Source: Clostridia bacterium (GTDB lineage Bacteria > Bacillota > Clostridia > Christensenellales > UBA1242). Taken from it: 64,000 bases of DNA. Shown here in pieces: positions 8,598 through 17,207 of this stretch. The DNA is taken from the NCBI GenBank assembly GCA_050872785.1, contig JBNMHO010000001.1, forward strand, positions 22,937 to 86,936, given 5' to 3'. The notes under the pieces were generated by a model. The model saw nothing but the letters and a program-made list of their open reading frames with translations. It ran no database searches and was not told the DNA's origin. Made by a program: the position numbers and the translations under genes. The number at the start of each line of letters is the position of its first letter. Position 1 is the first letter of the stretch.

Positions 8598-8774
8598 ATG
8601 AACACAAACTACTTGCTTTTGGTGCTTTTAATTTCCATTTTCACTTCCGCAACCGACACCAACCTAAACACCAACACAAACTTCTTATTGCTTCTTCTTT
8701 TGGCTATGTCAGGTGTTGGGACAACATCATCATGCGGTTGTGCGTGCAGTGGGAATACAAATCGAGTATTCTAA
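8598..8774 (+). CDS. Small hydrophobic Cys-rich peptide (58 aa), divergent from the ArsR-family gene
   Basis: The track ORF 8586-8774 starts at TTG, but the ATG at 8598 has a GGAGGG RBS 5 nt upstream. The sequence is MNTNYLLLVLLISIFTSATDTNLNTNTNFLLLLLLAMSGVGTTSSCGCACSGNTNRVF. It has two short hydrophobic segments and a C-terminal CGCAC cluster. A terminator hairpin follows directly. Confidence 0.55.
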   Translation: MNTNYLLLVLLISIFTSATDTNLNTNTNFLLLLLLAMSGVGTTSSCGCACSGNTNRVF

Positions 8775-8785
8775 TTTTCTCCGCA

Positions 8786-8829
8786 AGAAAAAACCGTGGC
8801 GAAACTCCAAATTTCCCACGGTCTATTTT
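8786..8829. terminator. Bidirectional rho-independent terminator serving trpS (minus) and the small peptide gene (plus)
   Basis: ACCGTGG (8793-8799) and CCACGGT (8816-8822) form a 7-bp stem. It is flanked by an A-run on the left and a T-run on the right. It abuts the trpS stop at 8830. Confidence 0.6.
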
Positions 8830-9816
8830 TTATGCCATTGGCACAAGTCCAACTTTTTTGTAAACTTTTCGTAAAGTTTTTCTTGCAATCGCACTTGCCT
8901 TTTCAGCACCTTCACGCATAAGTTTATCCAAATAATCTTTGTTTCCTAGAAGCTCTTTCACCTTGTTTCTGACTGGTGTCAATCTTTCAATAACACTGTC
9001 GGCTGTTTGCATTTTGAGTTCGCTGTAACCTAGCCCTTCAAAATGTTTTTCTGCCTCTTCAATTGAAATTCCTTTCATAATTGAATAGATTGTAAGCAAA
9101 TTTGACACGCCCGGTTGTTCTTCGCAAAACTTAATTCGTCCAAGGCTATCTGTAACTGCTCTCTTAAATTTTCTTCTTATTGTTTCGTCATCGTCATCCA
9201 TAAAGACAACGTTATTTTCGTTCTCGTCTGTTTTGGACATCTTTTTTGTTGGGTCGGCAAGCCCCATAATCTTTGCCCCAGTTTTTGCCATAACTCCACG
9301 TGGAATTGTGAAAGTTTGACTATAACGTGAGTTAAATCTTTCTGCAATATCCCTACAAATTTCAACATGCTGCAACTGGTCTTTCCCCACTGGAACAACA
9401 TCTGCGTTATATAGCAAAATGTCGGCCGCCATAAGCATTGGATAGGCAAAAAGTCCGACTGTAACATTTTCGCCCTTTGCTTTGTGGTCCTTAAATTGTG
9501 TCATTCTACTTGCTTCACCAAAATATGTCATGCAATTCATAATCCACGCAAGTTCGGCGTGTTCATGAACGTGCGATTGACAATAGATTATGCTTTTGTT
9601 AGGATCAAGCCCGCAAGCGAGGAATGTTGCATATTGCAAATATGTATTTTTTCTTAAATCTTCTGGCTTGGTTGCAACCGTCAGTGAGTGAAGGTCAGCA
9701 ATGGCAAAAATGCAATTATAGTTGTCTTGCATTTGCTTCCAGTTGTTGATTGCTCCTATAAAATGCCCGAGGGTAAGTCTGCCAGTGGGCTTTGTCGCAC
9801 TATAAATATTTTCCAT
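8830..9816 (-). CDS. trpS: Tryptophan--tRNA ligase (328 aa)
   Basis: It has class I aaRS motifs: TGRLTLGHFIGAI (HIGH-type) and KMSKT (KMSKS). It also has TrpS-typical length and core. An AGGAGG RBS lies in the 18-nt gap after the upstream gene. Confidence 0.93.
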   Translation of the reverse strand: MENIYSATKPTGRLTLGHFIGAINNWKQMQDNYNCIFAIADLHSLTVATKPEDLRKNTYLQYATFLACGLDPNKSIIYCQSHVHEHAELAWIMNCMTYFGEASRMTQFKDHKAKGENVTVGLFAYPMLMAADILLYNADVVPVGKDQLQHVEICRDIAERFNSRYSQTFTIPRGVMAKTGAKIMGLADPTKKMSKTDENENNVVFMDDDDETIRRKFKRAVTDSLGRIKFCEEQPGVSNLLTIYSIMKGISIEEAEKHFEGLGYSELKMQTADSVIERLTPVRNKVKELLGNKDYLDKLMREGAEKASAIARKTLRKVYKKVGLVPMA

Positions 9817-9834
9817 TTTGACCTCCTATTTTAT

Positions 9835-11493
9835 TTAGTTTTCCTTTGTTTTCGTAGCAGATTTTGTTCTTGGTTTTGCCACTTTTTTATCAATTATTTC
9901 TTCATTTTTTGCTATATTTTCACTATTTTTTGTGGCACTTTTATCAATATCTGCATCATTTTTCACAGCATTTTTAGTAGATTTTTTCACCACTTTTGTT
10001 CCACTATCTGCTGCTTTTTCTCCCGCATTTTTTGTCACTTTTGCTGGTGGATTTTTAGCAGTTTTTGGGCTATTTTCTGTTTCATTTTTTATAGTCGCAG
10101 CCTCGTTTTCGGCATTTACTGTTTCAGCCTTTTCAGCGATTGCTGCTTTCTTTTTGGTTGTTTTCTTGGCTGGTTTTGCGGCCGACTTTTCGTCAGATTT
10201 TTCGTCAGGTTTTGCTTCTGCCACCTCAATCACTTGAGGAGTTATGCCGCTGTCTTGCTCAGCCTGTTTTCGCTGGGCTTCTAGTTCTTGAAGTTCCATA
10301 AGATACTTCATTTTGTTTTCTTTGAATTCAATATTTCCCATTACAACAACGCTGATAAGTGCAGTGACTGGAGGCGCGAGGAACATTCCCAAAATGCCGA
10401 ACATTGCTCCACCGATAATAACAGAAGCGGTGACAACGAATGGGCTGATTTTGAGTTTGTTACCCATGATGATTGGGAACAAAATGTTGAACTCAATAAC
10501 TGTTATGGCAAGGGTTACAATGAGCATATAAATTGTGGCGGACATGGAGTCGAAAACCAAAGTTATGAGCATTGCTGGCACACAGCCAATGTAGATACCA
10601 AAGTATGGAATGAAGTTGAAAAGTCCGATTATGAGGGCAAGTTCCCAAGTGAAGCTTAAGCCCAAGATTGAATATCCAATTCCTAGTGGAACAAACAAAA
10701 GCACAAACTGGATAAGTTGGCAAATTGCGTAACTATACAAAATTTTGCTTGAGTTGTGAGCCATAACACAGATTTTGTCGGCACGTTCTTTTTTGAAGTT
10801 TGCATACAAAAATCTTCTTGAAAATCTGCCTATTTTCTCTTTTTCTTGCAAAATCATAACTGCAATTAAAATGCCGATGATAAAACTGAAAATGCCAGAG
10901 ATAACATTGACTGAAAGTGCAAGCAGACTGTCAATATACAACACTGTTGTTCTGAGAGAATCAAAAAGTGAGTTGAGTGTGTTTTTGATTGATGCTTGGT
11001 CAACATCTGCGCCGAACCAATTTTGGATAAGGGTGCAAATTTCGTTGACTACCCTATTGACCATTTGTTCCCAACCGTCACCATTTCCGGTTGTAAGTTG
11101 TCTAACAATTTCCACAATTTTTGGAATAAGGATAGAAAATACTAAAACAAAAATTCCAATAATTATAAGAATAACAACAACGATTGAAATAAATCTCTTT
11201 ATTGCGAATTTATGCGGATTGTTTTTTAGCCAATTTTTGAGGAGTTTGTTCTCTATAAAGTCAACCAATTTGGAAAACAAAAATGCTACAACAATGCCAA
11301 TAAGCAATGATGTGCAGCCTGTAAGAAGTCCTTTTAAGACGTTTGACAAATATGGACTTATAACAGTTCCAAGTGCAATGGCACAAAGCATTGCCCAAAA
11401 TAAGGTCGTAAAAAGCCTTATTGGTTTTCTTTTGTTCCCGTCTGGTTCAAATTCAAATTTATCTTTCTTTTCCATGAGTTTATTATAACTCAA
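9835..11493 (-). CDS. AI-2E family (PerM/UPF0118) transporter with a Lys-rich C-terminal tail of about 150 aa (552 aa as called)
   Basis: It has a multi-TM core typical of AI-2E permeases (FIPYFGIYIGCVPAMLITL, GGAMFGILGMFLAPPV). The tail reads AEAKPDEKSDEKSAAKPAKKTTKKK...KVAKPRTKSATKTKEN. The start is uncertain: the track uses the TTG at 11493, and an in-frame ATG lies at 11475. Confidence 0.8.
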   Translation of the reverse strand: MSYNKLMEKKDKFEFEPDGNKRKPIRLFTTLFWAMLCAIALGTVISPYLSNVLKGLLTGCTSLLIGIVVAFLFSKLVDFIENKLLKNWLKNNPHKFAIKRFISIVVVILIIIGIFVLVFSILIPKIVEIVRQLTTGNGDGWEQMVNRVVNEICTLIQNWFGADVDQASIKNTLNSLFDSLRTTVLYIDSLLALSVNVISGIFSFIIGILIAVMILQEKEKIGRFSRRFLYANFKKERADKICVMAHNSSKILYSYAICQLIQFVLLFVPLGIGYSILGLSFTWELALIIGLFNFIPYFGIYIGCVPAMLITLVFDSMSATIYMLIVTLAITVIEFNILFPIIMGNKLKISPFVVTASVIIGGAMFGILGMFLAPPVTALISVVVMGNIEFKENKMKYLMELQELEAQRKQAEQDSGITPQVIEVAEAKPDEKSDEKSAAKPAKKTTKKKAAIAEKAETVNAENEAATIKNETENSPKTAKNPPAKVTKNAGEKAADSGTKVVKKSTKNAVKNDADIDKSATKNSENIAKNEEIIDKKVAKPRTKSATKTKEN

Positions 11494-11556
11494 AACCTCT
11501 TTTCAATCAACTAATTTTTAGATATTAGACTGTTTTATTGTATTTAATTATTATCC

Positions 11557-11590
11557 AATAAAAAACAAACCCACCAAAAGGTAGGTTTGT
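11557..11590 (-). terminator. Rho-independent terminator of tuf
   Basis: On the minus strand CAAACCTACC-TTTT-GGTGGGTTTG forms a 10-bp stem with one G-U pair. TTTTTTATT follows. The stem spans 11566-11589. Confidence 0.8.
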
Positions 11591-11612
11591 AGTTTGTTTA
11601 GTTAAAATTGAC

Positions 11613-12818
11613 TTACTCGATGATTTCAGAAACAACACCTGAACCAACTGTTCTGCCGCCTTCACGGATAGCAAATCTCAAGCCTTGTTCAATAGCGATG
11701 TCTGTGATAAGAGTGATTGTCATTTTGACGTTGTCGCCTGGCATAACCATTTCGACTCCTGGTTCAAGTTCGATTGAACCTGTAACGTCTGTTGTTCTGA
11801 AGTAGAATTGTGGACGATATCCATTGAAGAATGGAGTATGTCTGCCGCCTTCTTCTTTCTTCAAGACGTAAACTTGTGCTGTAAACTTTTTGTGTGGGTG
11901 AATTGAACCTGGTTTGCAGATGACTTGACCTCTTTCGATGTCAGTTCTGTTGATACCACGAAGAAGAACACCAATATTGTCGCCAGCTTGTGCTTCGTCA
12001 AGAAGTTTTCTGAACATTTCTACGCCTGTGATAACGCTTTGTTTGTTTGCGCCCATACCAACGATAGAGATTGTGTCGCCAACTTTGCACACACCACGTT
12101 CAACACGGCCTGTAGCAACTGTTCCACGTCCAGTGATTGTGAAAACGTCTTCAACTGGCATAAGGAATGGTTGGTCTGTTGCTCTCTTTGGTTCTGGAAT
12201 GAATGTGTCGATTGCATTCAAAAGTTCTTCGATGCATTTGCATGCTGGATCGTCTGCATTGCCTGCTTGTGCAGCTTCCAATGCTTTAAGAGCTGAACCT
12301 TTGATGATTGGAGTTTCATCCCCTGGGAATCCGTATTCAGTAAGAAGGTCACGAATGTCCATTTCGACGAGTTCAAGAAGTTCTGGGTCGTCAACTTGGT
12401 CAACTTTGTTCATAAACACAACGATGTATGGAACACCAACTTGTCTTGCAAGAAGAATGTGTTCTCTTGTTTGTGGCATTGGGCCGTCTGTTGCAGCAAC
12501 AACGAGGATTGCTCCGTCCATTTGTGCAGCACCAGTAATCATGTTTTTGACATAGTCAGCGTGTCCTGGGCAGTCCACGTGAGCATAGTGTCTGTTTGGT
12601 GTTTGATATTCAACGTGTGATGTGTTGATTGTGATACCTCTTGCTCTTTCTTCTGGAGCTTTGTCGATATCTTCATATTTCATTTTGTCTGGGCTCCAAC
12701 CTTTTGCAGCACAAAACATTGTGATTGCTGCGGTAAGAGTTGTTTTACCATGGTCAACGTGGCCGATTGTTCCGATGTTGACGTGTGGTTTTGATCTGTC
12801 AAATTTTGCTTTTGCCAT
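11613..12818 (-). CDS. tuf: Elongation factor Tu (401 aa)
   Basis: Near-universal EF-Tu sequence: [23 protein letters not shown] and NKVDQVDD. Confidence 0.98.
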   Translation of the reverse strand: MAKAKFDRSKPHVNIGTIGHVDHGKTTLTAAITMFCAAKGWSPDKMKYEDIDKAPEERARGITINTSHVEYQTPNRHYAHVDCPGHADYVKNMITGAAQMDGAILVVAATDGPMPQTREHILLARQVGVPYIVVFMNKVDQVDDPELLELVEMDIRDLLTEYGFPGDETPIIKGSALKALEAAQAGNADDPACKCIEELLNAIDTFIPEPKRATDQPFLMPVEDVFTITGRGTVATGRVERGVCKVGDTISIVGMGANKQSVITGVEMFRKLLDEAQAGDNIGVLLRGINRTDIERGQVICKPGSIHPHKKFTAQVYVLKKEEGGRHTPFFNGYRPQFYFRTTDVTGSIELEPGVEMVMPGDNVKMTITLITDIAIEQGLRFAIREGGRTVGSGVVSEIIE

Positions 12819-12872
12819 TATAATTATCCTCCTAAAATGTTGAACAAATTATTTTTTTTAATTGTCCTTGTC

Positions 12873-12901
12873 ATTATAAATGTTTTTAATTTTGTTGTCA
12901 A
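12873..12901 (-). promoter_or_regulatory. Consensus sigma-A-type promoter dedicated to tuf
   Basis: On the minus strand: TTGACA (12901..12896), a 17-nt spacer, then TATAAT (12878..12873). An AGGAGGA RBS precedes the tuf ATG. Confidence 0.65.
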
Positions 12902-12948
12902 ACGTTTTTCACCGCTATAAACAAAATATTTTTCACTGGGGAGAAAGG

Positions 12949-15027
12949 TTAGTCTTTCTTTCTCTCGCCAATGATTTTTTCTGCGATGCTCTTTGGAACT
13001 TCTGCATAGTGAGAGAATTCCATATTGAAGTTGCCACGTCCTTGAGTTGATGAACGGAGTGCTGTTGCATAGCCGAACATTTCTGAAAGTGGGACTTCTG
13101 CATTGATTGTTACTGAACCGCTTTGAGATTCTGTGCCTTGAAGAACGCCTCTTCTGCTTGTTAGGTTGCCCATAACTGTGCCAAGATAGTCGTCTGGAAG
13201 TTCAACAGAAACCTTCATAATAGGTTCAAGAAGAACTGGGTCTGCTTTCTTTGCGCCTTCCTTAAATGCCATTGATCCTGCGATCTTAAATGCCATTTCT
13301 GATGAGTCAACATCATGGTAAGACCCGAAGAAAAGTGTAACTCTGAAGTCAACTGTTTCGTATCCAGCAAGGACACCGTTTTGACGTGCTTCTTGGATAC
13401 CTGCGTTGATTGCTGGAATATATTCTTTTGGAATAACACCGCCAACAATTTTGTCAACAAATTCATAACCCTTTCCTGGTTCAAGTGGTTCAAGTTTTAT
13501 GACGCAATGGCCATATTGACCGTGACCACCAGTTTGTCTGATGTATTTTCCTTCTGCTTCAACAGTTTTTCTGATTGTTTCTCTGTAGCTGACTTGTGGT
13601 CTGCCGACATTAACATCAACGCCAAATTCTCTTTTAAGTCTGTCAACGATAATGTCAAGATACAATTCACCCATACCAGCGATGATTGTTTGTCCAGATT
13701 CTTTGTCTGTCCATGTTCTGAAAGTTGGGTCTTCTTCTGCAAGTTTGATAAGTGCATTGACCATTTTTTCTTGCATTTGTTTTGTAGTTGGTTCAACAGC
13801 AATGTTGATAACTGGTTCTGGGAAGTCCATGCTTTCAAGAATGATTGGGTGGTCTGGGTCGCAAAGTGTGTTGCCAGTTGTTGTGTCTTTAAGACCAACG
13901 ATAGCAACAATGTCACCAGCATAAGCTTCTTCCACGTCTTCTCTGTGGTTGGCGTGCATACGAAGAAGTCTGCCGATACGTTCTTTGGTGTCCTTTGTTG
14001 CGTTCAAAACATATGAACCTGCCTTAAGAACGCCAGAGTAAATTCTGAAGTATGTGATTTTTCCAACGAATGGGTCAGTTGCAACTTTAAATGCAAGACC
14101 TGCCATTGGTTCTGTGTCACTTGCGATTCTGTCTTCTTCTGTTTCGCCGTCAAGTTTTGTGCCACGGATAGCATCAATGTCAAGAGGACTTGGAAGATAG
14201 TCAACAACAGCGTCAAGAAGTTTTTGAACGCCTTTGTTCTTAAATGAACTTCCGCAAGTAACTGGGGTCATGTGAAGGGCGATAGTTGCCTTTCTTATTC
14301 CATTTTTAAGTTCTTCAACAGTAAATTCTTCACCATTGAAGTATTTTTCCATAAGTGCGTCATCAGTTTCTGCAACTGCTTCAACCAAGATTTGACGATA
14401 CTTTTTGGCTTGTTCCATGAATTCCTCTGGAATAGGTCCAACAACCATATCTTTGCCAAGGTCGTCATTGTAGATAACTGAGTCCATTTCTACAAGGTCG
14501 ATAATTCCTCTGAAACTGGAGTCTTGACCGATAGGAATTTGAATAGCGACAGCGTTTGTTTTAAGTCTGTCTTTCATCATATCAATAACTCTGAAGAAGT
14601 TTGCATCATCTCTATCCATTTTGTTGACGTATGCAATTCTTGGAACTTTGTATTTGTTTGCTTGACGCCAGACGGTTTCTGATTGAGGTTGAACGCCGCC
14701 TCTGGCACAAAAAACAGCAACAGCACCATCAAGGACTTTCAAACTTCTTTCCACTTCTGCGGTGAAGTCAACGTGTCCTGGGGTGTCAATAATGTTGATA
14801 CAATGACCTTTCCATTGAGCGGTTGTGCAAGCGGAAGTGATTGTGATACCTCTTTCTTGCTCTTGAACCATCCAGTCCATTGTTGCAGCACCTTCGTGAA
14901 CTTCACCAATTTTGTGAGTTCTTCCAGTGTAGAACAAAATTCTTTCTGTGGTGGTTGTTTTGCCGGCGTCAATGTGAGCCATAATACCGATATTTCTATA
15001 TTTTTCTAGTGCAAATTTCCTTGCCAT
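12949..15027 (-). CDS. fusA: Elongation factor G (692 aa)
   Basis: G-domain motifs are present: [20 protein letters not shown] and NKMDR. It has full-length EF-G architecture. Confidence 0.98.
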   Translation of the reverse strand: MARKFALEKYRNIGIMAHIDAGKTTTTERILFYTGRTHKIGEVHEGAATMDWMVQEQERGITITSACTTAQWKGHCINIIDTPGHVDFTAEVERSLKVLDGAVAVFCARGGVQPQSETVWRQANKYKVPRIAYVNKMDRDDANFFRVIDMMKDRLKTNAVAIQIPIGQDSSFRGIIDLVEMDSVIYNDDLGKDMVVGPIPEEFMEQAKKYRQILVEAVAETDDALMEKYFNGEEFTVEELKNGIRKATIALHMTPVTCGSSFKNKGVQKLLDAVVDYLPSPLDIDAIRGTKLDGETEEDRIASDTEPMAGLAFKVATDPFVGKITYFRIYSGVLKAGSYVLNATKDTKERIGRLLRMHANHREDVEEAYAGDIVAIVGLKDTTTGNTLCDPDHPIILESMDFPEPVINIAVEPTTKQMQEKMVNALIKLAEEDPTFRTWTDKESGQTIIAGMGELYLDIIVDRLKREFGVDVNVGRPQVSYRETIRKTVEAEGKYIRQTGGHGQYGHCVIKLEPLEPGKGYEFVDKIVGGVIPKEYIPAINAGIQEARQNGVLAGYETVDFRVTLFFGSYHDVDSSEMAFKIAGSMAFKEGAKKADPVLLEPIMKVSVELPDDYLGTVMGNLTSRRGVLQGTESQSGSVTINAEVPLSEMFGYATALRSSTQGRGNFNMEFSHYAEVPKSIAEKIIGERKKD

Positions 15028-15042
15028 AATAACTCCTTTAAA

Positions 15043-15516
15043 TTACCACTTGAAATGAGCAAATGCTTTGTTTGCTTCTGCCATTCTGTGCATTTCGTCT
15101 TTTTTCTTTATTGCCCCACCAGCATTGTTGTAGGCATCAAGAATTTCGCTGGCAAGTTTCTTTTCCATTTCTTTTTCACCACCACGTTTTCTTGCAAAAC
15201 TTACAAGCCAACGGATAGCCAAAGTTTGACGTCTGTCTGGTCTGATTTCCATAGGAACTTGGTATGTTGCACCACCGACACGTCTTGACTTTGTTTCAAG
15301 AACAGGTTTAACATTTTCGAGTGCTTGGGTGAATATTGTCATTGGGTCTGCTCCCATTTTTTCTTTGATAATATCAAAAGCACCATATACAATACCAAAA
15401 GCAATACCTTTTTTGCCGTCAAGCATAACTTGGTTGACAAGTTTTGTTACAACAGTTGAGTTGTACATTGGGTCTGGCAAAACTTCTCTTTTGGTCGCAC
15501 GATTTCTTCTAGACAT
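15043..15516 (-). CDS. rpsG: 30S ribosomal protein S7 (157 aa)
   Basis: It has a typical S7 sequence ([20 protein letters not shown]...) and sits in the str-operon position. Confidence 0.97.
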   Translation of the reverse strand: MSRRNRATKREVLPDPMYNSTVVTKLVNQVMLDGKKGIAFGIVYGAFDIIKEKMGADPMTIFTQALENVKPVLETKSRRVGGATYQVPMEIRPDRRQTLAIRWLVSFARKRGGEKEMEKKLASEILDAYNNAGGAIKKKDEMHRMAEANKAFAHFKW

Positions 15517-15568
15517 AATTTCCTCCTTATATTGTTTGTTTCAAGCCACAAAGGCTTTCTTGCAAAAA

Positions 15569-15940
15569 TTATTTTGCCTTCTTTGCGCCGTATTTTGAAC
15601 GTGCTTGTTTACGTTTTGCAACGCCAGCAGCGTCAAGCGTTCCACGGATGATGTGATATCTCACACCTGGCAAGTCTTTAACTTTTCCGCCACGGATAAG
15701 AACAACACTGTGTTCTTGAAGGTTGTGTCCTTCACCTGGAATGTAGGTTGTGCCTTCTTGTCCATTTGAAAGTTTAACCCTAGCGATTTTTCTTAAAGCA
15801 GAGTTAGGCTTTTTTGGTGAAGTTGTTGTGACTGAAAGACAAACACCTCTTTTTTGTGGGTTTTGGTCAAGGATAGGTGCTTGAGATTTTTTGGTCACTT
15901 TGGTTCTTCCGTGTCTGACTAGTTGATTGATTGTAGGCAT
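15569..15940 (-). CDS. rpsL: 30S ribosomal protein S12 (123 aa)
   Basis: It has a typical S12 sequence ([12 protein letters not shown]...[10 protein letters not shown]...). A GGAGGA RBS lies at 15945-15950. Confidence 0.97.
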   Translation of the reverse strand: MPTINQLVRHGRTKVTKKSQAPILDQNPQKRGVCLSVTTTSPKKPNSALRKIARVKLSNGQEGTTYIPGEGHNLQEHSVVLIRGGKVKDLPGVRYHIIRGTLDAAGVAKRKQARSKYGAKKAK

Positions 15941-16224
15941 AATTTCCTCCTTAAAAATTTGTTCTTCCCTTTTGCATCAGCAACTTGCAAGGGGAAATCC
16001 CAAATTGAGGGCAAGGTTTGTGGCAAGATGTGGAATGTCAAATTGCGACAAGCGAATTGCTATCAGTTTGGTTTGCAAGGCAAGCCTTGCTTATCCAATT
16101 TATTTTGCGTTCCAAACAAACAAATTGATTGTAAAGTTGGTTGAAATTTGTCCACAAAAATCGTGGAAATTGTGGATATCTTTTATTCAAAAATAATTTT
16201 GACGATATCCCTACAAATTACAAC
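15941..16224 (-). promoter_or_regulatory. Long (about 284 nt) structured 5' leader of the rpsL-rpsG-fusA-tuf operon
   Basis: It runs from the predicted TSS, just downstream of the 16231-16259 promoter, to the rpsL ATG. It contains a GCAAGG-CUUG-CCUUGC tetraloop hairpin (16075-16090). A second hairpin is UCCACAA...UUGUGGA (16151-16176). A bulged hairpin (15967-15994) lies just 5' of the SD. Confidence 0.45.
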
Positions 16225-16230
16225 GAGATA

Positions 16231-16259
16231 ATAATATCAAACACACGGCAATTTGTCAA
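16231..16259 (-). promoter_or_regulatory. Sigma-A-type promoter of the rpsL operon
   Basis: On the minus strand: TTGACA (16259..16254), a 17-nt spacer, then TATTAT (16236..16231). It is preceded by TGA, an extended -10 TGn. Confidence 0.6.
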
Positions 16260-16294
16260 TACAAAACAGCAATTTTTCCTAAAAAATTTTATAT

Positions 16295-16331
16295 AAAAAC
16301 AAAAGAAACACCATTCTTAAAGAATAATGTT
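16295..16331 (-). terminator. Rho-independent terminator after the HicB-like gene
   Basis: On the minus strand AACAUUAUUCUU pairs with AAGAAUGGUGUU (16307-16331), including two G-U pairs. A U-rich tract (UCUUUUGUUUUU) follows. Confidence 0.55.
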
Positions 16332-16370
16332 CCCTTTTTATTTTCATATAATCAAATTTTCATACATTTC

Positions 16371-16673
16371 TTATTCAATGCCCAAAAGTTCTTCTTCTTG
16401 CTTTTTGGAAAGAGCTTTTACTTCTGCGTCAACGAGCAACACGACTTCGTTTTTGTGATTTTGTCTTGCTTCAAGATATGTCCTTGGCTTTTCCCTAACT
16501 TCGCCAAACATCTTAAGAGATAACTTGCAGAAATCTCTGAGATATCTTCTTGCAGTGAAGAAAGCGTCTTCTATAGTTTTCCCTTCGCAATAAATTCTGA
16601 CATCTTCAAATGCCACGAGATAATCGTCATTTTCTTCATCTTTATAAAACACCGCTGGGAAAATAAAATCCAT
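16371..16673 (-). CDS. HicB-like (UPF0150-type antitoxin fold) protein, 100 aa, with no HicA partner nearby
   Basis: The N-terminal pattern FIFPAVFYKDEENDDYLVAFEDVRIYCEGKTIEDAFFTARRYLRDF matches the HicB-like template yPa.f.kd....y.v.F.D...c.G.t.eeA...A...L. No C-terminal RHH or HTH domain is evident. Confidence 0.5.
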   Translation of the reverse strand: MDFIFPAVFYKDEENDDYLVAFEDVRIYCEGKTIEDAFFTARRYLRDFCKLSLKMFGEVREKPRTYLEARQNHKNEVVLLVDAEVKALSKKQEEELLGIE

Positions 16674-16709
16674 TTTGGCACACCTACCCTATTTTATCTT
16701 TACACAAGC

Positions 16710-16739
16710 ATTTTATCATACTTTTCCTTTGAAGTCTAA
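16710..16739 (-). promoter_or_regulatory. Putative promoter of the HicB-like gene
   Basis: On the minus strand: TTAGAC (16739..16734), an 18-nt spacer, then TAAAAT (16715..16710) preceded by TGA. Confidence 0.35.
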
Positions 16740-16830
16740 CAAATTGAAGCATGTTTTTGAAGATTAACCCCTTTTTTGCAAAACTTGCAACAAAGATTGT
16801 AATGTTTGTGCAAACTAATGTTATTTATAA

Positions 16831-16858
16831 TAAAAAAGTCCTACGTGATGTAAGACTT
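16831..16858 (-). terminator. Rho-independent terminator after the 90-aa gene
   Basis: On the minus strand AAGUCUUAC-AUCAC-GUAGGACUU forms the stem, with one G-U pair. UUUUUAU follows. It starts 10 nt after the stop at 16868. Confidence 0.6.
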
Positions 16859-16867
16859 TTATTGTGT

Positions 16868-17140
16868 TTATCTTATTTGTTCAAATTCGGCTTCAGATTG
16901 TTTTGCAAGCAAGGATTGAATTCTTGCTTCAAGAGATTTGTTCATTGAGATTGAGCCGTTTTCCATGCTGATATTTTTCTTTTTGTTGTTATAAAGTGCT
17001 TCGAGAGTTTGAGAAGTTTGGGCATGAGTTTTGGCTGGGGTCAGGCCATAGTTTGCAAGGACAAGACCTTTGCGAGCCATTTTTTCTGCGACTTCACTTC
17101 CGCAAACAATATTTCCATTGATTATTTCAAATTTTGGCAT
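16868..17140 (-). CDS. Hypothetical 90-aa protein, unknown family
   Basis: It has an AAGGAG RBS 9 nt upstream. It also has its own consensus promoter and its own terminator. The sequence is MPKFEIINGNIVCGSEVAEKMARKGLVLANYGLTPAKTHAQ...SLEARIQSLLAKQSEAEFEQIR, with a helical C-terminal half. I do not recognise the family. Confidence 0.6.
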   Translation of the reverse strand: MPKFEIINGNIVCGSEVAEKMARKGLVLANYGLTPAKTHAQTSQTLEALYNNKKKNISMENGSISMNKSLEARIQSLLAKQSEAEFEQIR

Positions 17141-17165
17141 AATTTTTTGCTCCTTTTATTCCCTT

Positions 17166-17178
17166 ATCCACCGTGGAT
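17166..17178. promoter_or_regulatory. Perfect palindrome ATCCAC-C-GTGGAT abutting the -10 box of the 90-aa gene promoter (operator-like)
   Basis: Read directly: 6-bp arms with a 1-nt centre. It lies immediately downstream of the -10 hexamer, so it covers the predicted TSS. Confidence 0.45.
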
Positions 17179-17207
17179 ATTCTAGCACAGTTTACATTCT
17201 TTGTCAA
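17179..17207 (-). promoter_or_regulatory. Near-consensus sigma-A-type promoter of the 90-aa gene
   Basis: On the minus strand: TTGACA (17207..17202), a 17-nt spacer, then TAGAAT (17184..17179). It is preceded by TGC, an extended -10 TGn. Confidence 0.6.

Noticed and set aside
9817-9834. Expected T-box riboswitch upstream of trpS.
   Set aside because: Only 18 nt separate trpS from the upstream gene, and only about 60 nt precede that gene after the tuf terminator. There is no space for a T-box leader.
9688-10284. Phe-rich plus-strand ORFs of 198 and 101 aa.
   Set aside because: They mirror the Lys-rich (AAA/AAG) tail-coding region of the AI-2E transporter and are not independent genes.
15941-16224. 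Possible pseudogene remnant of the L7Ae-family gene ybxF in the rpsL leader.
   Set aside because: Faint resemblances to the YbxF C-terminus (..KAC...VAI and ..IP...LG..) appear in two different overlapping frames of the same DNA. That pattern points to chance. Both frames are riddled with stops upstream.
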